From NCBI GenBank assembly GCA_964016885.1, contig OZ024750.1, positions 53,258,001 through 53,322,000 of the forward strand: DNA of 64,000 bases. Direction: 5' to 3'. Of the stretch, positions 43,320 to 57,022 are shown one piece after another (within the stretch, counting starts at the first letter, position 1; every line of letters begins with the position of its first letter). This DNA is from Eledone cirrhosa. Its lineage: Eukaryota. The notes under the pieces were generated by a model. It saw only the letters and a list, made by a program, of their open reading frames with translations. It did no database searches and had not been told where the DNA came from. Made by a program: the position numbers and the translations under genes.

Positions 43320-44216
43320 TATATTAATAAATGGAAACTATATTTATAAAATCATTTTTATTTTATACATATTTCACGGGCAACCAAGTCAAATTATGGT
43401 GCGCTTTCATCAGATAAAATACAGATTTGTTTTTATAAATAAATATTGACATACCCGGAAAAAAGACAACCTTAACGGTTGGAGCTTCCTGGATAGTGGA
43501 GCTAATATTTTATTGAGGGTGATACACAGTTATGAGTGAATATGCAAATGAGTGTCCGAAAGGTTGAAGTGATAACGGTTTATTTAAATTAAACTGTTGG
43601 AAGATGATATGTAAGGGAGAGAGGAAAGGAGAAAGATAGAAGAGGAAAGAAAGAACGATTATATATATTGATAGTGAAGATCGAGTGCATGAAGAAATAA
43701 GTTTCAAAGGATAAATATACACAGCGTAAGTATATCTAAGTGAAAGAAGAAATAAGATTAACGTGGAAGAATAATATTTATAATGCAGAGTTCATTACGT
43801 TTTGATTATAATACTTATAATGATAGGTTGAAAAATTAGATTAAAATTAAAAATTAGAAATCAAAATTAAAGATTAAAATTTGCCTTAATATTAAAGATT
43901 TAATTTAATGATTTAATATTAATAATTAGTTTAAATGTGTATGTTAAGCATTATAAATTATTTAAATAAATATATAGTACAGTTTATTTTATTGTCAATA
44001 TTTATTTATAAAACAAATCTATTTTATCTGATGAAAGTGCACCATAATTTGCCTTGGTTGCCCTTGAAATATGTATAATAAAATAAATATGGTTTTATAA
44101 ATATAGTTTCCATTTATTAATATATTGTGTATTTACTCCTCTAATATGTTGAGTGCTTTATATCAGTTATAAACATTTTTAAGCTTGTTGAATCCCAACA
44201 AATTAAATATAACCTC

Positions 44217-44222
<6 letters not shown>
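43320..44222. mobile_element. Penelope-like remnant with inverted pLTRs (minus 43320-43960, plus 43990-44222), each with a hammerhead-like motif
   Basis: attttatCTGATGAaag...GAAAtatgtaTA at ~44020-44085 (+) and ~43358-43421 (-). Homologous to 26400-27120. Confidence 0.65.
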
Positions 44223-44256
<34 letters not shown>

Positions 44257-44666
44257 TAAGATGTATGGTAGGTCGTATGTGAATCGCGATGATCACGTCT
44301 GACTTACCAAATATGTGACGGTAGCTAGTTAAGCTCTATGCGTATACGCAGAGCATAGATCAAAGTGGGAATAGTGCTTTCAAAATGAGTACATATCACT
44401 ACAAAGTGAGACATAATCACTTCAAAATGGCAATAACGATTTTATAGTGAGCTCACGTCACTTAAACAAGACCTAAACTTACTTGATTTAATTAACCAAG
44501 TATATATAATTTATGTTCTCTCAGAGAACATGTAGCAAGAAAGACTTTATCTGTTGAAGAATATTATATACAAGACAAATCCAAATGAAAAAAAAGCCAG
44601 TTCTTATCACAATCATAATAGCTTACCTTCTGATGGAGTATCTTATAGAATCACTGTGCCAACAGA

Positions 44667-47600
44667 TAGGTACAGTGTTGCATCTAATAGTGGTAAACTG
44701 TCTATCTTGGTACAGTGTAGCATCTAATAGTGGTAAACTGTCTATCTAGGTACAGTATAGCATCTAATAGTGGTAAACTGTCTATCTAGGTACAGTGTAG
44801 CATCTAATAGTGGTAAACTGTCTATCTAGGCACAGTGTAGCATCTAATAGTGGTAAACTGTCTATCTAGGTACAGTGTAGCATCTAATAGTGGTAAACTG
44901 TCTATCTAGGTACAGTGTAGCATCTAATAGTGGTAAACTGTCTATCTAGGTACAGTGTAGCATCTAATAGTGGTAAACTGTCTATCTAGGTACAGTGTAG
45001 CATCTAATAATGGTAAACTGTCTATCTAGGCACAGTGTAGCATCTAATAGTGGTAAACTGTCTATCTAAGCACAGTGTAGCATCTAATAGTGGTAAACTG
45101 TCTATCTAGGTACAGTGTTGCATCTAATAGTGGTAAACTGTCTATCTAGGTACAGTGTTGCATCTAATAGTGGTAAACTGTCTATCTAGGTATAGTGTAG
45201 CATCTAATAGTGGTAAACTGTTTATCTAGGTACAGTGTAGCATCTAATAGTGGTAAACTGTCTATCTAGGTACAGTGTAGCATCTAATAGTGGTAAACTG
45301 TCTATCTAGGTACAGTGTATCATCTAATAGTGGTAAACTGTCTATCTAGGTACAGTGTAGCATCTAATAGTGGTAAACTGTCTATCTAGGTACAGTGTAG
45401 CATCTAATAGTGGTAAACTGTCTATCTAGGTACAGTGTAGCATCTAATAATGGTAAACTGTCAATCTAGGTACAGTGTAGCATCTAATAGTGGTAAACTG
45501 TCTATCTAGGTACAGTGTAGCATCTAATAGTGGTAAACTGTCTATCTAGGTACAGTGTTGCATCTAATAGTGGTAAACTGTCTATGTAGGTACAGTGTAG
45601 CATCTAATAGTGGTAAACTGTCTATCTAGGTATAGTGTAGCATCTAATAGTGGTAAACTGTCTATCTAGGTACAGTGTAGCATCTAATAGTGGTAAACTG
45701 TCTATCTAGGCACAGTGTAGCATCTAATAGTGGTAAACTGTCTATCTAGGTACAGTGTAGCATCTAATAGTGGTAAACTGTCTATCTAGGTACAGTGTAG
45801 CATCTAATAGTGGTAAACTGTCTATCTAGGTACAGTGTTGCATCTAATAGTGGTAAACTGTCTATCTAGGTACAGTGTTGCATCTAATAGTGGTAAACTG
45901 TCTATCTAGGTACAGTGTAGCATCTAATAGTGGTAAACTGTCTATCTAGGTACTGTGTTGCATCTAATAGTGGTAAACTATCTAGGTACAGTGTAGCATC
46001 TAATAGTGGTAAACTGTCTATCTAGGTACAGTGTAGCATCTAATAGTGGTAAACTGTCTATCTAGGTACAGTGTAGCATCTAATAGTGGTAAACTGTCTA
46101 TCTAAGTACAGTGTAGCATCTAATAGTGGTAAACTGTCTATCTAGGCACAGTGTAGCATCTAATAGTGGTAAACTGTCTATCTAGGTACAGTGTTGCATC
46201 TAATAATGGTAAACTGTCTATCTAGGTACAGTGTAGCATCTAATAATGATAAACTGTCTATCTAGGTACAGTGTAGCATCTAATAATGATAAACTGTCTA
46301 TCTAGGTACAGTGTAGCATCTAGTAATGATAAACTGTCTATCTAGGTACAGTGTAGCATCTAATAATGATAAACTGTCTATCTAGGTACAGTGTAGCATC
46401 TAATCGTGGTAAACTGTCTATCTAGGTACAGTGTAGCATCTAATAATGGTAGACTGTCTATCTAGGTACAGTGTAGCATCTAATAATGATAAACTGTCTA
46501 TCTAGGTACAGTGTAACATCTAATAATGATAAGCTGTCTATCTAGGTACAGTGTAGCATCTAATAGTGGTAAACTGTCTATCTAGGTACAGTGTAGCATC
46601 TAATAATGGTAAACTGTCTATCTAGGTACAGTGTAGCATCTAATAGTGGTAAACTGTCTATCTAGGTACAGTGTAGCATCTAATAGTGGTAAACTGTCTA
46701 TCTAGGTACAGTGTAGCATCTAATATTGGTAAACTGTCTATCTAGGTACAGTGTAGCATCTAATAGTGGTAAACTGTCTATCTAGGTACAGTGTTGCATC
46801 TAATAATGGTAAACTGTCTATCTAGGTACAGTGTAGCATCTAATAGTGGCAAACTGTCTATCTAGGTACAGTGTAGCATCTAATAGTGGTAAACTGTCTA
46901 TCTAGGTACAGTGTAGCATCTAATAGTGGTAAACTGTCTATCTAGGTACAGTGTAGCATCTAATAGTGGTAAACTGTCTATCTAGGTACAGTGTAGCATC
47001 TAATAGTGGTAAACTGTCTATCTAGGTACAGTGTTGCATCTAATAATGGTAAACTGTCTATCTAGGTACAGTGTAGCATCTAATAATGATAAACTGTCTA
47101 TCTAGGTACAGTGTAGCATCTAATAATGGTAAACTGTCTATCTAGGTACAGTGTAGCATCTAATAGTGGTAAACTGTCTATCTAGGTACAGTGTAGCATC
47201 TAATAGTTGTAAACTGTCTATCTAGGTACAGTGTAGCATCTAATAATGGTAAACTGTCTATCTAGGTACAGTGTAGCATCTAATAATGGTAATCTGTCTA
47301 TCTATGTACAGTGTAGCATCTAATAATGATAAACTGTCTATCTAGGTACAGTGTAGCATCTAATAATGGTAAACTGTCTATCTAGGTACAGTGTAGCATC
47401 TAATAGTGGTAAACTGTCTATCTAGGTACAGTGTAGCATCTAATAGTGGTAAACTGTCTATCTAGGTACAGTGTAGCATCTAATAGTGGTAAACTGTCTA
47501 TCTAGGTACAGTATAGCATCTAATAGTGGTAAACTGTCTATCTAGGTACAGTGTAGCATCTAATAGTGGTAAACTGTCTAACTAGTTACAGTGTAGAATC

Positions 47601-48461
47601 TAATAGTGGTAAACTGTCTATCTAGGTACAGTGTAGCATCTAATAGTGGTAAACTGTCTATCTAGGTACAGTGTTGCATCTAATAGTGGTAAACTGTCTA
47701 TCTAGGTACAGTGTTGCATCTAATAGTGGTAAACTGTCTATCTAGGTACAGTGTAGCATCTAATAGTGGTAAACTGTCTATCTAGGTACAGTGTTGTATC
47801 TAATAGTGGTAAACTGTCTATCTAGGTACAGTATAGCATCTAATAGTGGTAAACTGTCTATCTAGGTACAGTGTAGCATCTAATAGTGGTAAACTGTCTA
47901 TCTAGGTACAGTGTAGCATCTAATAGTGGTAAACTGTCTATCTAGGTACAGTGTAGCATCTAATAGTGGTAAACTGTCTATCTAGGTACAGTGTTGCATC
48001 TAATAGTGGTAAACTGTCTATCTAGGTACAGTGTTGCATCTAATAGTGGTAAACTGTCTATCTAGGTACAGTGTAGCATCTAATAGTGGTAAACTCTCTA
48101 TCTAGGTACAGTGTAGCATCTAATAGTGGTAAACTGTCTATCTAGGTACAGTGTAGCATCTAATAGTGGTAAACTGTCTATCTAGGTACAGTGTAGCATC
48201 TAATAGTGGTAAACTGTCTATCTAGGTACAGTGTTGCATCTAATAGTGGTAAACTGTCTATCTAGGTACAGTGTTGCATCTAATAGTGGTAAACTGTCTA
48301 TCTAGGTACAGTGTAGCATTTAATAGTGGTAAACTCTCTATCTAGGTACAGTGTAGCATCTAATAGTGGTAAACTGTCTATCTAGGTACAGTGTAGCATC
48401 TAATAGTGGTAAACTGTCTATCTAGGTACAGTGTAGCATCTAATAGTGGTAAACTGTCTAT
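44667..48461. repeat. 40-bp minisatellite, ~95 copies (taggtacagtgtagcatctaatagtggtaaactgtctatc)
   Basis: Head-to-tail units with no spacers and one 4-bp deletion near 45980. Confidence 0.97.
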
Positions 48462-49506
48462 ACTTTAAACCTTTTTTCTTTTTGTAATATATAAACAGCA
48501 AGCAGTGAATTGGTAGGGTCCTTAAAATGTTGGACAGAGCACTTTGTCGTAATCGTTCCGTTTCTCTGCTCCCTCAGTTCAAATCCTGAGGTCAATAAAA
48601 ACATACCTGTCAAGTACTGCGGTTGATTCTTCCTCTATATCTCTTTCTCATTTTCCTCTCTCTCACTTTCTTTCTCTGAAAGAAATCTGCTGTAGTCAGA
48701 CGTGGAGAGGGATGAACTCCACCAGGCTTAAAATACCCAAGAAATGCTGTATGTCAACACGGTGTCCCTATAAATCCCTCAGAAGTTACATGACCATATA
48801 AACAGTATCAAGTGAATATTAAACAAAGAAGAACCAGGTGTGCAATATTACTGGTAGTCAACATAGATTGTTATCAGTGACATTGTTGTATTTATATCAG
48901 AAAATATTGGAAAATGGCTGATAAAGAAGAATTATAATTAACTAAGAAAGTTCACATTGTTGACATTATAAATCTTATTTTCTGCTCTCTGTCTTTCAAA
49001 ATGGAGGCATCCCATGATAGAAAGCTTGCCAGACAAAGGGTTTGGAGGATCTCTCAGTTGTTTGTGTCAAAAGACCCAACTTCTCCCTGTACACTTGATA
49101 GAATGTATGACCATTGTAAGATACAGACTCCTCAACCTGTGTCGGAGGTCAGTAAGCCCTGTTTCTCTACTGACTTGGTTTTTATAGACCTCTTTAACTT
49201 TTGCTAACAGGGAAAGCAGACGTTAAATGATGATGATGAAATCAATTTGTGTTAATCTCATTTTGAAATTGCTATTCTTACTTCTAAGTTATAGTCTCAT
49301 TTTGAAATGCTTAATCTTACTTTGAATTATAAATACCCAAAGTCTGAAAATTTGCAGTATTAAAATAAAAATTAATTTTTAATGTGATGCAGTCATAGTG
49401 CTGTTTTTACTCTTCAAGAAAGTCTTGTTAATGCAGTTTCATGTGATACAGGACATTAAGACTTAAATAAAGAAATATTTAACTTTTTTTATTTCTATTT
49501 TTTAAG

Positions 49507-49608
49507 GAATGCTTTCCTGGCAATATTCAAATGGCTTTCATTATCAAGCCTGAAAAGTTTTGGGAGAAACAAAGAACCAGTTTGGGAAGTGCCAAGTACA
49601 ACTTTGAA
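49507..49608 (+). CDS. trio: Trio/Kalirin-family Rho-GEF internal exon (SEC14/CRAL-TRIO domain), 102 nt
   Basis: ttttaag|ECFPGNIQMAFIIKPEKFWEKQRTSLGSAKYNFE|gtgagt. Resembles the Trio/Kalirin segment IIKPDNFWQKQRTNFGSSKFEFE as recalled. Not in the ORF track. Confidence 0.88.
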
Positions 49609-50096
49609 GTGAGTATTCTATAAGAATGAAGAGATTTATAAACTTAATTTTTAAGCTAATGTTGGAACACTTTCAATGAAATGTCTCTATAATTTATAGT
49701 TTAAGTTGTAAATTAGAGCAGTTGATGTAAATTAGAATGTTGGATATAATGTGTGATATTTGTTGTGGTTTCCTGCATTCAAATCCCACCAATGTCTGCT
49801 TTATTGTCCTTTTAAGGTTGATAAAGAAAGTGCCAGTTGAGTGCTGGTGCAGTTCTCTTCTGCTCATTATTTATAGCTACCTAAAACCATTAGCAAACAC
49901 ATGGTACATGCCTGGGCAAGCATCTTCTACTACTGCCCTTCACTGACGAAGCCTTGTCAGTGAATTTGGTAGATGGAAACAACACACACACACATGTATA
50001 TATAAACATGTAGAGAAAATATTCATTATTAACACAGATTAAAATTTAAGCAAAAAATTTCTGCTCTCACCCTTTCATGAAAAAAAATTGTTTTCT

Positions 50097-50141
<45 letters not shown>

Positions 50142-50142
<1 letters not shown>

Positions 50143-50485
50143 GAGGCACAGGGCTTAGTGGTTAGAGCATTGGCCTTGTAATCGGAAGGTTGTGAGTTCA
50201 ATTCTCAGACCGGGTGACGTGTTGTTTCCTTGAGCAAGACACTTTATTTCACGTTGCTCCAGTTTACTCAGCTGTAGAAATGAGATTATAGGGACTGGGG
50301 TCCATATCACTCCACTGTAAAGTGGTCGTGGAGGAGCCACGGCAAAAAAGCACCCAGCACTCACTGTAAATGAGGTTGGTGTTAGGAAGGGCATCCAACT
50401 GTAGAAATCAAGCCAGAATCAGTTCCCGTCCCACCCTTGCAAGCAGGGAAAAGTGGACGTAAAATGAAATGAAAAATGAAAATGA
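50142..50485 (+). mobile_element. tRNA-headed CORE-like SINE with RTE-derived tail
   Basis: A box ggcttagtgg, B box gagttcaattc, core ccttgagcaagacacttt..cagtttactcagctgtagaaatgag, tail shared with the RTE family C 3' UTR. Confidence 0.87.
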
Positions 50486-51271
50486 TCTACTGTTGTTGTT
50501 GTAGCTGTTGTCTTGAATGTGGGCGTCATCAAAATGTATACGTCACCGTCCCTCATCTGCTGGAATCTAGCTACAGACAGGTCAACATACTTGAGGGGTT
50601 ACCCTTTTGTTGAATTACGACCCTAATTCCTTGGGATGTGTGTGAATCCTGATTTCACTAATTGACATATGAATAGCACATTACTCCAGTAAACATGACG
50701 GCTGGGAGACCCTTTTAGGAACTCGTATGTCTGCTGGGCGCACAAGCAGAAGGATGTTTTTTTTCTACTGGCAGCGTATCACTAAATCTCATCTGAAGAT
50801 ACCGTTCTCACAACAACAAATGCATGAATTACATCTTGATTTCATGGAGAACCGTTGAAATAATTATAATAAACGATTTATGTAACATCAGTATCTTTCT
50901 AAATCCTACTATCAGGCTGAAATTTCTTTAGTAAAAAAAATAAAAATATGCCGAAAGCTTCTATTTCTGATTTCAAACGTGCTCACTGTTTCAAAATCAT
51001 ATTTATATATGTAGTTGCCTGGACGTGTGGTTTGTAATCACTAAAGAGCCTTCAATATGTGATCACATATGTAAATATACTATATCATATATGCCAAAAT
51101 AGCTTTGGGAAACTCCAAATATCTAGGAAGGTATACACCAGTTTTATATAACACACACACACATACACACACACACACACACACACATATATACACACAC
51201 ACACCTTGTTATTTTCTCTTTCTGTTACTTTTACTAATATTTTATCATCTGTGTTCTCTGTTGTGTTCCAG

Positions 51272-51385
51272 ACAAACATGTTATCTGTTGATAACCTTTC
51301 CAAATTTATCGATTCATCTCAGCTTACGAGAGAATTTGATGGTACTTTGGACTATGATCATGAACAGTGGATTCAACTCCGACTG
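51272..51385 (+). CDS. trio: Trio/Kalirin-family exon (end of SEC14 domain), 114 nt
   Basis: ttccag|TNMLSVDNLSKFIDSSQLTREFDGTLDYDHEQWIQLRL|gtgagc; phase 0 on both sides. Confidence 0.9.
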
Positions 51386-51392
51386 GTGAGCA

Positions 51393-51822
51393 ATATATAG
51401 ACTTCATCTTGTATTACCTTATATATTAATATATAGACTTCATCTTGTATTACCTTATATATTAATATATAGACTTCATCTTGTATTACCTTATATAGAC
51501 TTCATCTTGTATTACCTTATATATTAATATATAGACTTCATCTTGTATTACCTTATATAGACTTCATCTTGTATTACCTTATATATTAATATATAGACTT
51601 CATCCTGTATTACCTTATATATTAATATATAGGTTCATCTTGTATTACCTTATATATTAATATATAGACTTCATCTTGTATTACCTTATATAGACTTCAT
51701 CTTGTATTACCTTATATATTAATATATAGGTTCATCTTGTATTACCTTATATATTAATATATAGACTTCATCTTGTATTACCTTATATATTAATATATAG
51801 ACTTCATCCTGTATTACCTTAT
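51393..51822. repeat. 36/26-bp minisatellite directly after the splice donor
   Basis: tatagacttcatcttgtattaccttatatattaata, about 12 copies. Confidence 0.93.
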
Positions 51823-51825
51823 GTA

Positions 51826-52078
51826 TACAAGAAATTTAAATCTGATTTTTTCAAATATTAATAATAATAATATTTGATTTGTTTACAATTATGCAAACAG
51901 CCACTCAAGCCATGTCAGTAGAATGACCCCGTCATTCTTGCTCTTGTGTTGGCATGTAAACAGAAGAGCAACAATGATGGGGTCATTCTACTGACATGTC
52001 TCAAGAGGCTGTTTGCATAATTGCAAACGAATAGAATATTATTAATATTCGAAAAACTCAGATTTACATTTCTTGTAT
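51826..52078. mobile_element. Imperfect fold-back element (MITE-like)
   Basis: Outer arms tacaagaaatttaaatctga...tcagatttacatttcttgta; inner arms catgtcagtagaatgacccc/ggggtcattctactgacatg. Confidence 0.7.
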
Positions 52079-52116
52079 TCAGTCATGTAGAGCGATAAAA
52101 AAACATTTGTTAGTTA

Positions 52117-52176
<60 letters not shown>

Positions 52177-53987
52177 TTTATCTTGTAAAATTATATTAGG
52201 CAGTTAATAGGCAGTCCTTTTGACTATCTTGAATTCTTTTTTAATGACCTAGAAATACAAGTAAGTAAAGAAACGAGTGTGTCATTGAAAGGTTTTATGA
52301 TCCCAGCAGAAAGGGCTGGAAAGAGAAAATAGATAGGATGACCTAGGTTGAACAACTTGATGTAATTGAAGACACAGTGGAGTTGTTTCTCCTTGATACC
52401 TTGGATCCTAAAGGAAAACTCATACTTGTTTATTTAGGACAGGATGGAGTTCAAATAGGCCTTAACAGGGTGGTTCTTATCTAAATTAAAACCTTTCAAT
52501 ATAATTTGACCTTAGAATCTTTTGTTAAATTATGTTACAAATGCCATCTTAAAAATGAAATAATTATTTAGTAAATTCTTCAAAATTCTTTAGTTAATTG
52601 GAATACAGTGTATTTTATTATAAATATGGTAATGAAAGGGTTAAATGAATTTTTCCTTGGACCCTCACTATAATTACTCCACTCCTGATTGGATATACAC
52701 TAGCATGTGTATACTATGTTTTTAAGAAAGTACTTCAAATTTTAAATTTAGCTCATGGCCCTTTTGTTAGCTCCATGGTGGAAATCTCTAATATACAACC
52801 ATGCAATGTTTTTCTCTTGTGTACAAATATATGAAGTTGAGAGAAGAAACATGATTGAATAAAAATACATTGACATCCTGTAATGATACATTAACATCCT
52901 GTAATGATTTACATATCTGAAAATGGGTTTGTGAATTCAAATATGTGTAGCATCTTTACTGGTGGAGAGATCATTGTGAAAATTTGCAGTATTAGAGTAA
53001 ATATGTTAATTTTTTAATTTAATGATGTCATAATGCTGGTTTGTACTTTTTCAAGAATGTCATATGTGATTTAGTGTGGTGCAGGAGATTAAGACTTAAT
53101 ATGATCTATTAACCCTTTCATTATCATATTTCTAATGAAAGACACTGACTATAATTTTCAAATAATTTTTAAAATAATTTAAAAAAGAGTGTGTTGAGGG
53201 GGATTTAGTAACATAACAAAAATTCTCATTATCAAGCTGTTTGGAAAGGTTCTTACATAAAAATAAACACTTAAAAAAAAATATATATATATATGTATAT
53301 ATATTCTCATATTTACACATATTTTTTCCCCCGCTGTGACCCGTCTATTTCGTTCTTACTGCTTCCTCTTTCTCTGTATCTTTACCCTCTCTAACAGTCA
53401 CTCTCTCTGTTAGCCTCTTCCTCACCCTTCACTCACTCACTCTCTGTTACTACCTCTCCTCCTCCTTCTTCCCGTTTGACCTGTGCGTAATTCTTTTCTT
53501 TCGTACCCTTGGTCAGGCAGGTTTGCTTTTTTTCTCTCGTCTACGATTTCACAGAACTTATGTTCACCGAATTCACAGACTAGATTCCTTCTTCCTCCCG
53601 TTAGACCTGTACAGAATTCCTTCCTTGCTCACAGTCCAACCAGGTTTGAAGGTCTTTATTCTCTCTCATTCACGATTTCACCGAACTTATATTCATGGAA
53701 ATTTGGGACTTGACTCCTTCTTCTCACTTTTCGTTGCTTCACCATCTTTGTTTGTTTACACTCTCGTGTCCCCTTTATTTACGTGTCCCAACGACTTTTT
53801 TTAGCCGTAGCTCACACCAACCGGAGGTATATGGTCTTTAAAGTGATGAAATACCAATGATGGTTGGAAGATCACTGATGAAGGACTAACTTTATTCATA
53901 TATATATATATCATAGGACTAGGGATGATTTCATGCAGTTTGTATTAAAAATATTATTAATTAGAAAAATATTTTATTTCTATACAG

Positions 53988-54216
53988 ATGTTGGAGGAAT
54001 TTATCTGGAAAGCATTAGACCTTCTAGACAAACTCGATGAGTTGGCAGAAATCCTGACATGTCCAGAGCTACCTGATGATTTAAATGGTGCTCAGATTCA
54101 GTTAGAGCACCATAACCAGCTGAAGAAAAGAGTCACCAAAGCTCCAGTTGAACAATTGACAATGGAAGGGCATCACATTCTGAAGACAATCACTGGAGAA
54201 GAAGATAATTTATCTG
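53988..54216 (+). CDS. trio: Trio/Kalirin-family exon (first spectrin repeat), 229 nt
   Basis: tatacag|MLEEFIWKALDLLDKLDELAEILTCPELPDDLNGAQIQLEHHNQLKKRVTKAPVEQLTMEGHHILKTITGEEDNLS-G|gtaaat. Confidence 0.88.
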
Positions 54217-54344
54217 GTAAATATTATGCTACACATTACAAAATATAATGTTAAAAAACATAAGTTATCCTCTGTAGAAACTATTGAAATTATATTTTTA
54301 CATGTCATGTTGCTGCCTTCTTGTCAATTGTCATTATTAACACG

Positions 54345-54530
54345 TGGATTGGCAGTATCGGTAGAGGTTCGGACACCATGCTTTGACGCATAGTTACGGC
54401 CCTTGCCATTCTGAGTTCAAATCCCGCCAAGGTTAACTTTGCCTTTCAGCCTTACGGGGTCGATAAAATAAAGTACCAGTAATGTAGTGGGTAATTTCTG
54501 GCCTTGTGCCAATAGTAGAAACAATTATTA
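54345..54530 (+). mobile_element. Second tRNA-derived SINE family (other copies ~54985-55170 minus, ~48505-48625 plus)
   Basis: B box gagttcaaatccc followed by gcctttcagccttacggggtcgataaaataaagtaccagt. Confidence 0.7.
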
Positions 54531-55469
54531 ACACAAATACGTCCAATCTTAGAACCATGTAAAATAAAGGTGTAGCGGGCTCTTCAGTTGTGTCAAGGAG
54601 CCAACAACCTCTTTAGTGTTGGTAACATGATAAAACACACCCAGTACACTCTGTAACAGGGCTGGTGATAAGAAGAGTATCAAGCAATACAAACACTTGC
54701 CAAACAAAGGATTGAAAGACTTTTCAGTTGTATTAAAGATGTGACAACCTCCCTAGAGATAGGGCCATGATAAAATGCATCCTGTCAACCCTGTAGAGTG
54801 CGAGAACTTATATAAGCAAAATGCAGCCAAGAACCAGTCTATGAGGACAGTAGTACCAATTAAGTACTGACTATGACAAACTGAACCACAGTCACGTTAG
54901 CAGGGAATATAGTTGTTAGATGATAAGGATGAGAAATTGAACATTATCAAGGAGTTTTTTCTAAAATTGATTCCCTTATAACATAATTGTTTCTACTTTT
55001 GGCACAAGTCCAGCAATTATCCCAGTGTATTACTGGTACTTTATTTTATCGACTCCGTAAGGATGAAAAGCAAAGTTAACCGTGGCGCGATTTGAACTAA
55101 GACTATAAAGGGACGTAACTCTATGCTAGAAAGCATGGCATCCGACCCTCTGCCGATACTGGCACTCCACCAATTCCCTTATAACATAATGGAAAGCAAC
55201 TCACACTGAGTGTATTGCACACATTTAGAACACACCACACCTGTACGGGGTACACCACACCTGTACTGGGTACACCACACCTGTACTGGGTACACTAGTG
55301 TTGTGCAGTCACCAGCAGACTTGTGTTGGATATACAATGCTCATTGATTAATGGTTTCTGTTTTAAGGTGACAATGTGCATGAGATGGATTGATTAGAAA
55401 AGCTCAACCTTTATTCTCTCCGTCGCCGTCTGCACTACATTATCTGCATGATGTGGAAAATATTCCATT

Positions 55470-55850
55470 AGTATTGCCCAAATGATGTTGACATCTCCTT
55501 TAATGTACACCCAAGGCTTGGGCCCCGTGCTATCTGCCCACAACAAAAATCACACTTGCATCTCATAACAATACGGCACAATTATTTCACCTCAATTGGC
55601 TCCGCACTCTTTAACATTACACCAAAACACATCAAAGCAGAGACGGACCCCATCAAGTTCAAGAAGTCTTTAGATAAATTCCTTCAAGAAATCCCGGATA
55701 AGCCTCCTACACCCGGATATGCCTCCGTAAACAATAACTCTCTGCTCGAGTGGGTCATGGTGCCCAAACACTGATTTGTAAGACTTCGCCAGGTGGTGCT
55801 ATTAAGTTAGACATGGCCTGGGCCAATACTGGCCGAAACCTATCAAATTT
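55470..55850 (+). mobile_element. CR1/L2-group LINE 3' fragment
   Basis: RHNYFTSIGSALFNITPKHIK..FKKSLDKFL.. is a typical LINE ORF2 C-terminus. The 3' UTR recurs at 1958. Confidence 0.65.
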
Positions 55851-56380
55851 ATGTATGTATGTATATGTATGTATATATACATATATATATGTATATATGT
55901 GTACATATATATGTGTATATGTATATATGTATATATATATGTGTATATATATGTATATGTATATATATATATGTGTATATATATGTATATATATATACGT
56001 GTATATGTATATATGTATGTAAAAATAACACACAACACAACAACAATATCAACTGCCACCGCCACCATCCACCATCACCACCACCAGCGATTTGGCCTTA
56101 AGAAAACAACAACTTTAATAATAATAATTTTTCTGCTTTTGGCACGGAGCCAGTGATTGTCTCAACACATTACTGGTACTCTCTTTTGTTGACTCCGTGG
56201 GGATGAAAGGCAGGGTTGACCTTGGCGGAATTTGAGTTCAGAGCGTGGAGGGCCATAGCTCTATGCTGTAAAGCAATTATAATAATGCTGAACAGTAACA
56301 CAAACGGCTTCAATTATACAAACTCTTTCGAAAGTCAACAGTTGGTATAATCTTGTCTCATTAATGATGGTAATATATAT

Positions 56381-56700
56381 GGAGGCATATGGCTTAGTGG
56401 TTAGAGCATTGGTCTTGCAATCGAAAGGTTGTGAGTTCAATTCTCAGACCGAGTGATGTGTTGTTTCCTTGAACAAGACACTTTATTTCATATTGCTCCA
56501 GTTTACTCAGCTGTAGAAATGAGATGATAGGGATCCCAGTCCCTATCATTCCACTGCAAAGTGGTCGTGGAGGTGCCACGGCAAAAAAGCACCCAGCACT
56601 CGCTGTAAATGAGGTTGGTGTTAGGAAGGGTATCCAGCTAGAATCAGTTCCCGTCCCACCCTTGCAAGCAGGGAAAAGCGGATGTAAAATGATGATGATG
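56381..56700 (+). mobile_element. tRNA-headed CORE-like SINE
   Basis: Same family as 50142. Its tail is folded back at 56658-56746. Confidence 0.87.
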
Positions 56701-56749
56701 TATATATATATATATCATCATCATTTTACATCCGCTTTTCCCTGCTAAA

Positions 56750-57022
56750 TCAACTTTTCAAATAGAAGTCGAAGTTGAAAGGAATGTCGAATCTATCTAT
56801 TTATAAGACTGTTTATATTGTATTTTGTCTGAAGAAGGCATAACATATTTTTAATATGATATCCCTGAAATATATATAATGAAATAAATATGGTTTTATA
56901 AATATAAATATAGTTTCCATTTATTTAATATCGTAAATATACTCCAAATACTTGTTGAGTGCTTTTATATCAGTTATAAATATTTACTCGTTGTTAACCC
57001 AACAATTTAAATAAAACTTTGC
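56750..57022 (+). mobile_element. Penelope-like pLTR with a hammerhead-like motif at ~56820-56887
   Basis: tattttgtCTGAAGAagg...cctGAAAtatataTAatgaaata. Confidence 0.6.

Noticed and set aside
44667-48461. CRISPR-like periodicity
   Set aside because: No unique spacers, no cas genes, and a eukaryotic context; a plain minisatellite.
50142-50215. tRNA gene-like A and B boxes
   Set aside because: No complete cloverleaf; the sequence continues into a SINE core and tail.
53865-53895. CTGATGA half-core; also GAAACAAGTC at ~35635 and CTGATGA at ~7020 (minus)
   Set aside because: The matching half of the hammerhead core is missing, so no ribozyme is called.
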